Source of the DNA: Squalus acanthias
Taxonomy: Eukaryota
Assembly: GCA_030390025.1 (NCBI GenBank)
Contig: CM059431.1
Location: forward strand, 110,300,001-110,364,000
Direction of reading: 5' to 3'
DNA: 64,000 nt
This document shows, one piece after another, positions 48,833 to 61,447 of the stretch. Position 1 is the stretch's first letter. The number at the start of each line of letters is the position of its first letter. The notes beneath the pieces are model-generated. The model ran no database searches. It was given only the letters and a program-made list of their open reading frames with translations, and was not told the origin of the DNA. A program made the position numbers and the translations under genes.

Positions 48833-49930
48833 TTGAGTGTGTGCGCACACATGGTTAATTCAGTCACTCACACTGTCTAAATTAGTAATTCTGCCTGGCA
48901 AGTAGTATTGATGTCATCTACACTCACCATTTAAAAGCATCGTACTGTAAAACTTAACAGAAAGGTAGAAATAAACAACAAGATTTGAAAGCGACTGACT
49001 AGTCAATTCCCTTCTTTAAAGGATACCAGTGGTATCAATAACCTTTTAATGATAAGAAAGAAATGCTCTGCTAACTCCTCCTGCAAGTAAACGGTTTTTT
49101 GTAAAGACTAATGTAAACATTACCACTTCAGTTAATCATAAATGAAGGATTACTCACATAACTTTTAATTGAGGGCTACTTTCAATTTCTATCTTTCTCT
49201 GTTGGACAAACTGTAAATGGAGGCCCATTGGCAACAGCAATTCTCCTGCAGACAACAGCTAAAGGAAACAGAGGATGCGAGAGTCTTTAGGATAATATTA
49301 TGCATTCGACTAAGTCGACTAAACTAACTGATGAGTTTTTGGGTTGTATTTTGCCAGCCCTTTAAACTTTTACTTCCTTTGCAAAGTCTCCAGTCAGTTT
49401 TATCTGCTCAAATGGAGATGATCATGTTTGACTTTTGTTTCTGTGAGTCTAAGTACTCTGCTATTGTTTCAGATTATTTTCCTTCCTTTTTCCTATATCC
49501 TCTGGAGGGTGACATGTTCTCAGACCCTCAACTATGCTCCTGTTCATCTGACTGGTCTTGTGGGATACATTATAGCCCCTATGAGGGCCAAAGACATCTA
49601 TCTCTATCTATCTAACTCTATCTCATCACTATCTCATCTCTATTTCATCTTTATCTCTATCTCATCTCTATCTCGATCTCTATTATTTCTTCTCCAAATC
49701 CCTCACCATGCTAAGCACTAATCTAAAGGCACAAATCATGTTTCTCCACCCCATGAGACGCACGCTAAAGCTTCAATGTGCGGTTCCCCCATTTAATCAT
49801 CTCCTTTTTCTAGCTACATTGCGATAAACTGTGATAAACTCTCTAAACTGCTTAAAAGGTCATGCATGCATCATATCAGGAAACAGCTTGGAATATCTTT
49901 ATTTTTGTTTTGAACAGCTTGAGAACATTT

Positions 49931-50960
49931 GGGATGTTCTTTTGGCCCAAGAGTGAAAACAGGTGCTAAATGGGTGCAGTGCCAATAAGACACGCCTGTT
50001 TGAAAGGCTGGATTTAGCACACAATTTTGGTCCTAATAGCTGACTCCCTTAATTTGAACTTGCTAAACCAGAAACCTGCAGGTTTAGCACTCAAGCGCTG
50101 ATTAGACGCCAGTTTGATGGCGCAGTCTATGTGGGCACCGTACACCCACTTCCACTGAAGGTGTGGAGTGTGCTGGCTGGCTCACAGCGGCACATTTCGG
50201 GATGGCTCAGGGACCGAGGGAGAGAGCGCACAGTTTCTCGGAATGTGGCACTGGATGTCCTGGTGGAGGAGGTTCAGAGGAGGAGGGATGTCCTGTACCC
50301 ACGGGGGACGGGGGTGGGGGGTAGGAGGGAGTCAACCTCGCCCTCCTGTCCCTCTCTCCTGCTGCAGCTGGTGCTGCTCTGCCTGGCCTCATGTCCTCCT
50401 CCCATGCCTCCTGTAGACCAAGGGGGACTCCTAGCAAGATGCCCATGACCAAGCACTCCCTTTCTCCTGGTGACTCCTATAAGGTGTCCAATAAGGTAGA
50501 GTAGCACAGCACTTACTCTTTTTAGGTGAATCCCTCAGAGAATTTCCGAAATAAATGTTGATAGAGTGTTGGTGAAGTCTTGGAAAAGTCTCCCGATGTG
50601 TTTCAAACCTCCAGCAGCAGGTGAACAGTAAAAGGTGATATACCTGTAAGTAGCCCTCGCAATACTCAGCCACAACTTGTTTACTCCCAATCAGCTGATC
50701 ACTATTAGGAGAGGATGTTAAGTCAAGCGCTCTCCACTAAAATACCGTGCAGCCTCTTTAATGAGCGCTGGCAGGCAATTGAAGTGGCAGTAAGTCCCTT
50801 AACGATCCTCCGGGCGACTGTTCCTAGCGCCTCTTCAACCCTTTACCAAAATGGCATCTGGCACTAAATGCGGGCTAAACCGGCATTTCAGCTTAAGACC
50901 CCATCTTGGCCACCTGGGAGGCTCTTTAGTGCCTAAAGTATCCGGGGAAAAATCGCACCC
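49931..50960. mobile_element. Internally deleted Harbinger derivative
   Basis: Myb 5' remnant (ERAxFxNVALDVLVEEVQRRRDVLYP) on +, joined to an antisense MGILLGVPLGL... remnant; homologous over its length to 61448-62502. Confidence 0.7.
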
Positions 50961-51980
50961 TGTGTTTTTTTTTTAAACATTAGTTTTAGTAGCATACAAA
51001 ACAAATTTGCGGAATGAGAAACACATCTGTTGAAAGGCAAATGTGATATAATAGGTACAAGAGACCTGATTAAGCCAGCACATTGATTCGGAAATTAAAA
51101 TACCAGGGTTTAGAGCCCATAGAAAGGACAGACATAACAAAGCACATGGAGCAGTGGCAATATGGGCAAGAGAGGACGTTGTATCTTTTATTCAGATCTT
51201 TTCTCAGGCTCAGCGCAAAATGGCACAGCAGTGAGTGAGCCCGGGTTCACTATGGCGGGAGCTTGATAGGCTTGGTAATGTAACGAGCCCAGGGGCCAAA
51301 AAGTAGCCCTTTTTGCTGCATCTGGTTTACTAGGTATGACGCAAGCCCTTTCATGACCTCCTAGGTTTAAGAAAGTGTTAGAATAGTCACTGTCAGATTG
51401 TGGCTTTGGCTACAAACTACAGAACAAATTTACTGACAGCAGCAGATGAGCAGTAGTAAAGACGACGCAGCAGATTGTAAATAGTTTAATGAACATTTAG
51501 CCGCGCTCCCTTCGCGGATACAAAAAAATGATAAACAAACGCAACCCTTCCAAGCCTTTACTGTCACTTAACTTGGACCAGCATCAGTGCGCCAATCCTT
51601 TACGTGGGGGATTCATATCGCCCACGGAGTCTTGATGCGCCATCACTACACGCATTGTACGCAATGGGATGCGAAGGACTGGTGAGTCGGGAGAAGAATC
51701 ATTGCGATATACCCATGACACCTTTTGAAATTCGACAAAGATAAAAAGAGACAAGGAATGCATCTTTCAAAATCAAATAAGGCTGCCAAACGGGCTCGTA
51801 AAGGCACAAGAGAATGCGCTATCTACTAAACTTGGAAGCCACGGCTCGCATCTGAAGTGGCTTCTGCATCAACAGGATGCTGACTGCAGCAGTAAACAAC
51901 ATTTGAAGAGGTGCCCAGTTTCTAATAAATGTTAAAATAAATAACTTACTAATTATAAGTTAATGGTCGCATATAAGGGA

Positions 51981-52390
51981 ACGGTAGCATAGTGGTTATG
52001 TTACTGGGCTAGTAATCTAGAGGCCTGGACTAATGATCTTGGAGATGTGAATTCAAATCCCACCATGGCAGCTGGGAATTTAAGTTCAGTTAATTAAATA
52101 AATCTGGAATTAATCTACCAGATTGTTGTAAAAACCCATCTGGTTCACTAATGTCCTTTAGGTGAAAGAAATCTGCTGTCCTTACCTAGCCTGGCCTACA
52201 TGTGATTCCAGACCCACAACAATGTGGTTGACTCTTAACTGCCCTCTGAAATGGCCTAACAAGCCACTCAGTTGTACCAAAGTCACTGTGGGAGTACATT
52301 CACCACACGGACTGCAGTGGGCAATTAGCGATGAGCAATAAATGCAGCCTTGCCAATGACACCCACATCCTGTGAATGAATAAAAAAAAT
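51981..52390 (+). mobile_element. tRNA-derived SINE (second family)
   Basis: Homologous to 16275-16655; ends acacccacatcctgtgaatgaataaaaaaa. Confidence 0.7.
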
Positions 52391-53683
52391 AGAAGTGAGA
52401 CGGAAACTCCATATTTGCCACACATTTCTGACTGACAAAACATCAGAGCAAAATCTAAAGAGGGGTGTGTGTGTTTCTAGAGCTGGTGAATAATTGCTTC
52501 CGATTCAGTCAGCAGCTATTCTATAGCTAACCTTGAATGATCTGGGTATGGCGTAGAAGGAGGGAATATCTAGGATCCAGTGATCATAATATTAATGGAA
52601 ATGCTTATGCAAAATGGATGGTAACGCAAACTTTTGTATTTAAAAACACAAACTTTAATGAAATGTAAAATGTAAGGTTTTTTATTTTAATGAAAAACCG
52701 TCAGTTGGAACACAATAGTAGTTGAGAGATTTACTCTTAGAAAAGTAGGAAATACTTAAAGAAATATTGGTGATTTTATAATCAAGTTTGAATCTGGCCA
52801 AATTAAAACAGATTTAAGGGCCGCAGAGCCCAGTTGTATTATGGATAAGCAGCCAGCTTTCAAAATGTACAAGAAATCCAATAGGCAAGAGGGTTCAGTA
52901 CATTCTGCAGACTCGCTAATGTACTGTGGTGTGTGGGGAGACTGGGGCCTGGAGCTGCTACCCTGGGCTGCCCCTCCTTGCTTCCTGCTCAGGTGCACTG
53001 GTGGAAGTGGTTACACAAGATCCAAGCTTGGGAAGACTGGTGGGACAAGCACAGCTTTTACGTAGTGTGGAAGCGCTGGAGGAGAGCAATTAGTGAAGGG
53101 CAAGCTTAGAAAAAGGTCAGGTCTCCTTAAAATAGACAAAGTACGTGATCTCGATGAACTCAGGACACATTCCTGACAATTAGAGTGTGCTTAACACAAC
53201 CCAATCATTTAAAAAAAGGACTAAGAGGCATCATTAGATGAGTAAGTACCTGTTGTGCGAAAAAAATGTTAAAACAATCTTGCGCAATCTAGGGTTATAT
53301 TTTCCTCCTTTACTGTAAAAAAGGCTTAATAATGCTTCTTCCATTGTCAGTTACGTCCTGCTAATAAAATGGCAAACGTGTGTGTTTTTTAAATGAGCTA
53401 TTTCATAAAATCGGATTTTAATAGCGGGAACATCAGAAAGGGACTATTAATCATGAAGCTGTCGGAATGAAGCTTTAACATTTCTCAAGCAGCTAATGAC
53501 CCACTTAACTGGTTTAAATGATAAAAAGTTGCAGCAATCCAGCTGTGGATCTTACAATATTTATGACTAATACCACAACAGAAATATCAATATACCCATA
53601 AACACCTTCGTATAGATGTAACATTAATTGATATTATCTGCAATGGCAAAATCACTTACAAAATTATGTTCAGGCACACTATG

Positions 53684-54472
53684 GCTGAGATTTCACCTAC
53701 CAGTTTCTGTTAATGTGCTGTCAAACATTGAAATCTTTATTTTCAACACTTTGCGTTCTTGGACAGATTTGTGTGCACCTTTGGAAGTGTATTAGCGGCT
53801 TCATGTTGCTGGTGTGAGGTGGTGCCAACCCGGCGCATCATGTGGCAGGCAGGGTGTACAGCATCAAGTGAAGTAAATCTGGCCATGGTGAGGCCATCCC
53901 TGGCGTCCCAGGCAGCAATGTGATCAGGTGCTGATGCCCTGTGTCCTGTGCAGCGCCAGTTGATTGTGGAGAAGGTTGGTGTTGTTGTTGGTGCTGCCGG
54001 TGTGCCTGTTGCTGCTGGTGTTGGGGCTGATCGTGGTGGGATTCTGAGGACCAAGGTGAGATTTTTTCAAGGGCACTGATGCTGATGGAATAGATGGCAG
54101 GTGAGGTTGAGATGACAGAAGCGATCTGTCAATGGTGAGAGAGGTTGTTCCAATGAGGTGACACTGGATAGAGAGTTTACTCCAAACACTTGCAACCTGC
54201 ATAAAGCTCAATCTGTCTTCCAAATGCAGTAAGCAACAGCTTCTAACCTTGGAAAGTGAAGACCTATGAAATGGGAGCTTTTATAGACCATTTGCAGCTG
54301 TCAAATTAGTAAATCATCCCATGCTGACACAACACCCGACCTCCTTACCTGACGTGATCCCCGAGCAGCGGGGAAGCCGTTGGCGAACTCTAAAAATCTA
54401 AAGGTAAGCTTAAAATAAGACTTAATTGCCTCTTAACAATCCAGCTAATGATGTAAATTGCCTCCCCCGCCG
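53684..54472. mobile_element. Degenerate Harbinger-type element (same family as 1-752)
   Basis: Extended similarity to 20-600; minus-strand HIAAWDARDGLTMARF resembles a Harbinger transposase C-terminus. Confidence 0.6.
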
Positions 54473-54475
54473 CTT

Positions 54476-54965
54476 GGTGTTGGAGCTGCCGTCTTTCAGA
54501 TGAGAGGTTAAACCGAGGCCCCCATCCGCTCTCTCAGGTGGACGCAAAAGATCCCATGGCACTATTCCAAAGAAGAGCGGGGGATTTCTGCCCGGTTTCC
54601 TGGCCAATGTTTCCCATAATTTTTTGGGGGGGCCATGTGGCCCATTCAAAAGTCTGCGCGTGCGCACTTTTTTTCCAATTTAAAAGCTGGCTCACCGGCT
54701 GCGTGGGACTCCTGGAGCACTACGCAGCTGTGCAGCTTAAAGGTCCTGTACAATATTTACCCCTCAACCAACATCGCTAAAAATACAGATTATCTGGCCA
54801 TTATCACATTGCTGTTTGTAGGAGCTTGCTGAGCGCAAATTGGCTGCTGCGTTTCCCACATTGTATCAGTGACTGCACTTCAAAAGTGCTTTATTGGCTG
54901 TAAAGCACTTTTTGACATCCTGAGGTTGTGAAAGTCGCTATATAAATGCAAGTCTTTCTTCTTCT
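54476..54965 (+). mobile_element. Deu-domain SINE interrupted by an hAT-type MITE (54605-54742)
   Basis: The Deu core is split at tcctggc|caatattt; the insert begins CAATGTTTCC and resembles 10361-10538. Confidence 0.7.
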
Positions 54966-55308
54966 TTCTTTCACTTCTGCTCTTTACCGTCTCCAGGTTT
55001 TATTTTCACTGTTTTCATTCTGCTCTTATATGAGTTGTTACTTTGTTGAACGAGGCATTAAACTGACATCCCGTCCGCCTGTTCCGGAGGTTCGGGCGGA
55101 TGTTAAAGATTCTGTGGCGCTTTTCAAAGGGGAGCAGGGAACCCTCCCAGTGTAATGGCCAACATTCCTGCCTCAACCAATGCCACCAAGAAACAGCATA
55201 TTGCTGTCAGTGGGCCATCGTTGATGCAGAATATCTGCATATCAACAATGAGTGCACTTCCAAAGTAATTCATTGCATGAGGCGTTTTGAGATGTTTAAT
55301 TGTGATAA

Positions 55309-55755
55309 AAATGAGAAGTCACACAACACCAGGTTATAGTCCAACAGATTTATTTAAAATTACAAGCTTTCGGAGCTATCGCCCCTTCCTCAGGTAAAGT
55401 TACAATGAGTGAATCTACAAAAGTTCACAGAATATAAACACAGAAACTGCAGAGATACAATCTTTCAGGGAAGGTGTCCTTACATCAAAGACACACCAAG
55501 AGCACAGCCAAGACAATGAGATGTGTCCCAGGGGGTCCAACGTGTCAAATCCTGCTGTCTGAAAGATTGTATCTCTGCAGTTTCTGTGTTTATATTCTGT
55601 GAACTTTTGTAGATTCACTCATTGTAACTTTACCTGAGGAAGGGGCGATAGCTCCGAAAGCTTGTAATTTTAAATAAATCTGTTGGACAAAAACCTGGTG
55701 TTGTGCGACTTCTCATTTTTGTCCACCCCAGTCCAACACCGGCATCTCCACATCA
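55309..55755 (+). mobile_element. Fold-back Penelope-like element, family A variant, with hammerhead motifs at 55360-55397 (-) and 55630-55667 (+)
   Basis: 12-bp TSD TAATTGTGATAA (55297-55308, 55756-55767); ~160-bp arms around a ~90-bp spacer; TTAC-CTGAGGA-A-GGGGC-gata-GCTCC-GAAAG-CTT-GTAA. Confidence 0.85.
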
Positions 55756-56389
55756 TAATTGTGATAAGGCACTATATGACTGCAAGTATTATTTTGCCAG
55801 ACATTTTTATTTTAAAATTTGTTTCACCACATTTCTTAATATTTTACTTTCAAAATATTACTTGTGCCGCCATGAACCTGGCCTCCATTCCTTAGCTGGG
55901 ATCAATATTTGGTCCCAAATTGGCTAAAAGCCATCTCCAACGGCTGATTTTTCAGCAATCAAGTTTTAGCACATTAAGAATGACTGAGTTATGTCACTGA
56001 AGAGAGCAGGTCGATAATACGATGCTCATTTTGGAACAACCCATGTCTGTTCAATAAGCACTTGGTGGCCTTTGCAAAATGGGTACCACAAAAAAGCCGT
56101 CATCCTGTCAGTGGTGCTCAAGGGGTTAAACGGACTTTATCTTCATGGAACAGTGCTTGGCAACTATTTTTCTCTGTTCTTTACAGACACAGAATGGGGC
56201 TGATTTTCCCCTTCAGGTGTAAATGGGTTTGCATTGTTTAAACACCCAGCTAAATTTTAAATGCTATGAGAACTTGGTTTCTGGACAAACTCTATTTGCA
56301 TAATTATTCAGAGTTCCAGGTGCAAATGCAAGTGGGCCGAGGGATAATACGACTAAAAGGAGAGAAAATCGTGCATAAATCAAATTTAA

Positions 56390-56774
56390 AGGAGGCTGAG
56401 GGGAGACTTGATTGAGGTGTATAAAATTATGAGGGGGCTAGATGCAGTGGATAGGAAGGACCTATTTCCCCTTGCAGCGAGGTCAATAACCAGGGGGCAT
56501 AGATTTAAAGTACTGGGTAGAAGGGTTAGAGGGGAGTTGAGGAGAACGTTTTTCACCCAGAGGGTGGTGGGGGTCTGGAACGCACTGCCTGAAAGGGTGG
56601 TAGAGGCAGAAACCCTCATCACATTTAAAAAGTACTTGGATAGGCGCTTGAAGTGCCGTAACCTACAGGGCTACGGACCAAGAGCTGGAAAGTGGGATTA
56701 GGCTGGATAGCTCTTTTTTGGCCAGCACAGACATGATGGGTCGAATGGCCTCCTTCTGAGCTGTAAATTTCTAT
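56390..56774 (+). mobile_element. CR1-type LINE 3' fragment; its tail resumes at 61011
   Basis: LIEVYKIMRGLDAVD...TRGHRFKV...FFTQRVVGVWNALP; tail ttctat|gattctatgat is split by Harbinger copy 2. Confidence 0.85.
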
Positions 56775-57288
56775 GGGGTAAAAATTCAGTTGGTTGCGCC
56801 TCCCGTTAGCGCCTTAAAAGGGCGCTAATGGGGCGTTAAGGCGCTAATGCCCGGGCGCAGCGCTGTTTGCGCCGCTCGAGAACTTAACTTGAGATTGTGC
56901 GGCGGCGCTAAAACTTACCGCTGCGACCACCTGCGCGCGCAGATTGTGACGTCATTCCGTGGTGCAACGCCCTTGGGGCGCCCCGGAGCGGAAATTGAGT
57001 GGCGCCCCCTGCCTTACCGCCTGGCGCTTCCAACGACCGGAAGACTGGAACGTTATCAATCGGTGTGGGGCTGGGGGGGGCGCTATTTAAAGGGGGCCTC
57101 TTCCTGTCTTTTTCTGTGGTCGACATTTATGCACCACTCGTTCTGAGAGAGAGAGAGAGATTCGGAGAGAGAGAGAGAGAGAGACTTCTACATTGACTCA
57201 ACGCTTTGTGAGGTAGTTTTGCCTAGTTCATCCTAACTTTGCTGCTACTTTCGTTGCTGTACCTCATTACTTTTCTGGCAAAGAGAAT

Positions 57289-58449
57289 ATGGGGGCTGCA
57301 ATGATTGGGGGCGTCGTCCTGCTCCAGCTCAATCGGAGGATAGTGAGACGCAGACAGAGAGTGGCAATGATGGCCAGACGGAGGAGGGCCATCAGGCGCA
57401 TGTACAGGAGAGCTTACCCTCCCAGGGTATATCGTGAACAGCTCTCCTACATCCACATGTCCGAGGAGCTGTGTTTGCGAAGGCTGCGATTCAGCAAGGA
57501 GGTGGTCACTGAGCTCTGCCACCTGCTGCAGCCAGATCTGCAGCCTCAGCTGAGGTCCAGGACGTCTCTGTCGGTGGCAGTGAAGGTCACAGTGGCTTTG
57601 AACTTCTACGCCACTGGCTCATTCCAAGCTGCTGTTGGGGACCTCGCCAATATCTCCCAGTTTGCGGTACATCGCTGCATCCGGCAGGTCACCAATGCCC
57701 TCTTCACAAGGAGACGAGACTTCATCTCCTTCCCTATGACCCCAGACAAGCAGCATGACCGTGCTATGGGCTTTGCGAGGGTAGCGGGCTTCCCCATGGT
57801 GCAGGGCGCCATTGACTGCACGCATGTGGCTTTGCGTGCTCCGCGAGAGAATGCAGAGGAGTTCCGGAACAGAAAGGGGTTCCATTCCTTGAATGTGCAG
57901 TTGGTCTGTGACCACAGACAGGTGATTCTCGCTGTCAATGCCCACTATCCGGGCAGCTGCCACGATGCTTTCATCCTGCGCCAGAGTACTGTGGCAGAAA
58001 TTTTCGAGGCACCGCATCAGCCAGTTGGTTGGCTTCTGGGGGACAAGGGGTACGCATTGAGCACCTGGCTGATGACACCGCTCCGTGCGCCAAACACCCC
58101 TGCTGAGCTGCGGTACCAGGAAAGCCAACAAGCAACCAGGAACATTATTGAGCGCACAATCGGCGTGCTCAAACAACGATTCCGCTGTCTGGACCATTCC
58201 GGAGGAGCCCTGCAGTACTCGCCTGAGCAAGTTTCCAAATTCGTAGTGGTGTGCTGCATGTTGCACAACATGGCAATCCTCAGGACGCAGCCAATGCCAC
58301 CAGGCCTTGCTGCACCACAAGAGGAGGAGGAGGAAGAGGAGGAACAGGCCGAGGACGATGATCAGCAGCAGCACCAAGGCAGGAGGGCGGCCCACAATGG
58401 TCAAACTGCAAGGGCCGTCCGTCAACGACTAATAGCAAGCCGCTTCTAG
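57289..58449 (+). CDS. Harbinger (HARBI1-like) DDE transposase, 386 aa
   Basis: Intact ORF with GAIDCTH, GDKGY and IERTIGVLKQRFRCL. Confidence 0.95.
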   Translation: MGAAMIGGVVLLQLNRRIVRRRQRVAMMARRRRAIRRMYRRAYPPRVYREQLSYIHMSEELCLRRLRFSKEVVTELCHLLQPDLQPQLRSRTSLSVAVKVTVALNFYATGSFQAAVGDLANISQFAVHRCIRQVTNALFTRRRDFISFPMTPDKQHDRAMGFARVAGFPMVQGAIDCTHVALRAPRENAEEFRNRKGFHSLNVQLVCDHRQVILAVNAHYPGSCHDAFILRQSTVAEIFEAPHQPVGWLLGDKGYALSTWLMTPLRAPNTPAELRYQESQQATRNIIERTIGVLKQRFRCLDHSGGALQYSPEQVSKFVVVCCMLHNMAILRTQPMPPGLAAPQEEEEEEEEQAEDDDQQQHQGRRAAHNGQTARAVRQRLIASRF

Positions 58450-58743
58450 GGCCCCTGCCATTGCTACAAACACGAATCAACCCAGCACGCAACCCCTAAG
58501 CCGGCCAAGGCACCAATAATTCCAACCACCAGCCATGTATATTTTGAATACAGAAACTTATTTATTGTACAAACTCTGTGTGTGTCAATTCCTCATGACA
58601 AACTCATAGAAATAAACACAAAAAAACAGTCAATAACATAACTGGTTCTCACAACCTGGAGATAATGTCCAAAACACTAAACAAAAGTTGGGCCATGAAC
58701 CTCGGCCTTTAATAAAAAAATGACCAGCATTTTGGCACACCTC

Positions 58744-60653
58744 CTACTTTTTGCCCTTCGAGGGTGATCTCCTTCCCTTGCGCACTTCCCCCCTTCTAAC
58801 CCTACTGCTCCTCCGTAATGGGACCTCAGTGGCTGCAGCAAGGCTGGTGGAAGGCTGCTGCTTGTCAGACCCTGACACTGCAGATGCCCCTGAAGGACGG
58901 CCTCGACCACTTCTGGGCCTGGAGGGCCCGGCTGCAGACTGCACCAACTCTGCATGGGCGGCAGCAGTCTGTCCTACAGGCGGTGGCAAGTGCAGTGGAG
59001 AAGTGACAGTGTTGGCAGCAGGAATGCTGTCATCGTGAGAGAGGACAGCAACTCCCTGCTCGCCCGACACACTGGCACTCCCACGGGGCAGCACTTCAGC
59101 ATCCGGAGCAATTTGCCGGAGAACAGATTGCTGGCCTGCTGCGGCGCGGTGACAGCCCCGGGGACATGTGCACGAACCATCGAGGATGGCAGCAGTCAGT
59201 GCTCGCGTGGCCTCAATCTGAGTCTGCATGAGAGCAGTCTCAGATGGGTTCCTGGCAGCCAGTGACTGAATTGCAGCAGTAAGCTTTAGTGTGGCATCCG
59301 CCTGTGCTACAGCGAAGTGCTCCACACTCCTTGCCAGTGCCTCAATGCATTCGGGCACCCTTCCCACTGCACCCATGAGCTCAGTGTGCATGCCCACCGC
59401 CTGGCTGTTCATTTCTGCAATCAGCTGCTCCTCCTCTGCGTCCATTGCATTAGGAGTGTCTGGCATACTCTCCCTCTGGGGAGAAGGCTCCCGTTCTTCC
59501 CTCCCCCCCCCATGGCGTGGCTGCAGCCCGCTGGGTCCTGGAGCTTCACCATCATCAGCTCCTTCCCCCCTGCTCCCCCGTTCTTCCCTCCCCCCCCAAT
59601 GGCGTTGCTGCAGCCCGCTGGGTCCTGGAACTTCACCATCATCAGCCCCTTCCCCCCTGCTCCCCTCCGGGGAAGGCGTGTTCCCAGTGTGGCCATGGGC
59701 TTCCTCGGGAGAGGGTGGCACTGATGCTCCGGCTTCCTCTTCCTCCTCAGCTGCAGCATCACTCCCAGTGGCAGCTTCAGGGACCATCTCCTCAGCTGGT
59801 GAATCACCATCTGAAAGCAGGGAGGTACAAGAGTGGCTTTAGCGTGAGGACAGGGTGGCAGTAAGGGAGGAATAAGTGCAGCGAGTTAGCAAGTTGGATT
59901 GAAAGTGTCAAAGGCTGGTATTGTGAGGGACAAGTGGAAGGACAGAGGACAAAAAGGTGATGACCTTACCATTGCTGTCCACAACAGGGTCGGCGTCCCC
60001 AGTGGCGACGGGACCGATCACCCGGCTTGCCACAATCCTGTGGACGCGCTCCTCCAGATCGCTGAGGGGTTGCAGCTGAAGCCGCCCTCCACCCGTCCGT
60101 TGCTGCTGTCTCCGATTATGAGCCAGCTTAGCCTGCAAGAAAAAGGACAGCATCTGAGTCAATATGCAGCCATGGTCTTGCCTGATGTGCCTCCCATAGG
60201 TGAATAGCCCTTACAATATGCAGCCATGGTCTTGCCTGATGTGCCTCCCATAGGTGAATAGCCCTTACTGTATGCAAAGTGTGGAATGTGTGTGTGTGTT
60301 TGATGAAAGGGCCATAGGTGTTGCATGAGTGTTGTGCATTGGGGTTTTAAGACCCTCTGGCCATAGAGTGAGGTTGAGATGGAGGGATGGAGAGGTATTG
60401 AGAAAAAGCCACTCACCCTGACGACCCGAGTGAGGTCGTTGAACTTTTTGCGGCACTGAACATGGGTCCTGGGCACCATGCTCCTGGAGGAGACGCTCTG
60501 AGCCACCTCCCTCCACACTCTTCTGAACTCGCGTGGCAAAGGCCTCCTGCCACTCTCCGGGAACAGCATGCATCGTCTGCGCTCCACTGCGTCAACCAGA
60601 GCATCCAAGGCCCGCTCGGTGAAGCGATGAGCGCGTTCTCTCACCCTCTCCAT
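58744..60653 (-). CDS. Harbinger Myb/SANT-like protein, 3 exons (60653-60417, 60132-59970, 59810-58744), 488 aa
   Basis: Same exon 1 and 2 lengths (237, 163 nt) and splice sites as copy 1; frame open to the stop. Confidence 0.88.
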
Positions 60654-61447
60654 GCTTGGCAGCAAAATGGATTACAGGTCTCTCCAGACTGAGATTCAAG
60701 GCTGCAATGAGCAGGGTGTGGCTGGGGAGCAAGTGGCCCCCCCCGCTTTAAGAAGTGTCCGGCGCCAGTGTGTCTGTGTTCCCTCGCTAACTGGCAGCAG
60801 CTGCGCTGCGCTCGTGCGCTGAGGTAGCGCCTCACTCCTAGGCCTTTGCGCCTTAAGAGAGGTGTGCAGCGCCTAATTTAGCGCTCCACTCACCTCCCGG
60901 GGCGGTAAAAGTGAAGTTTCCTGTCAGTGCCGATAATTAGCGCCAGGCGCTAATATTTGCGCGCGGACGATATTTGCGCCCCAAATGGGGCGCGACCTAA
61001 TTTCTACCCCTATGATTCTATGATAAAGGGATGGGGACAATTAATTGGAAATGTCCCAAGGAGGGGGACAAACATTTAGAAAGCTTTTGGCAAGCATTAA
61101 TTCAGCATCTCAACCCATCAGGAACCAAGGCTGATGGGGCATGGGATTTAAAAGTGGCAGGCCAGGGAGAAGGGAAAGAGTCCCTCGGAGCAGACGAATG
61201 ACAGTGCTCTCATTGTGATGTGACCAGGGCACGGCGGTTTCTGGGAAGAGGAATCTCCAGCATTGTGCCTCTGGCTTTTCTTCTTTAGTTCCAAAAACAG
61301 GTTTACCAAACATTTTTTTTTGTGAAAAAAGTGTCGCTTTTTACTTATGGTGAGACTCCTATTTTAAAACAAAGCAGACACCATGCAGCTTCATCTGGAG
61401 AGGATAGTTACAAAATATACAATTGCTGTAGTCGATATACAATGTAT

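Larger units (their letters stand above)
56775..61010. mobile_element. Full-length PIF/Harbinger DNA transposon, copy 2 (4236 bp), inverted relative to copy 1
   Basis: Termini GGGGTAAAAATT / AATTTCTACCCC; TSD TAT (56772-56774, 61011-61013). Confidence 0.95.

Noticed and set aside
34400..56774. Past inversion or composite transposition between the two Harbingers
   Set aside because: Each copy has its own TSD and its flanking LINE continues correctly across it, so they are independent, unrecombined insertions.
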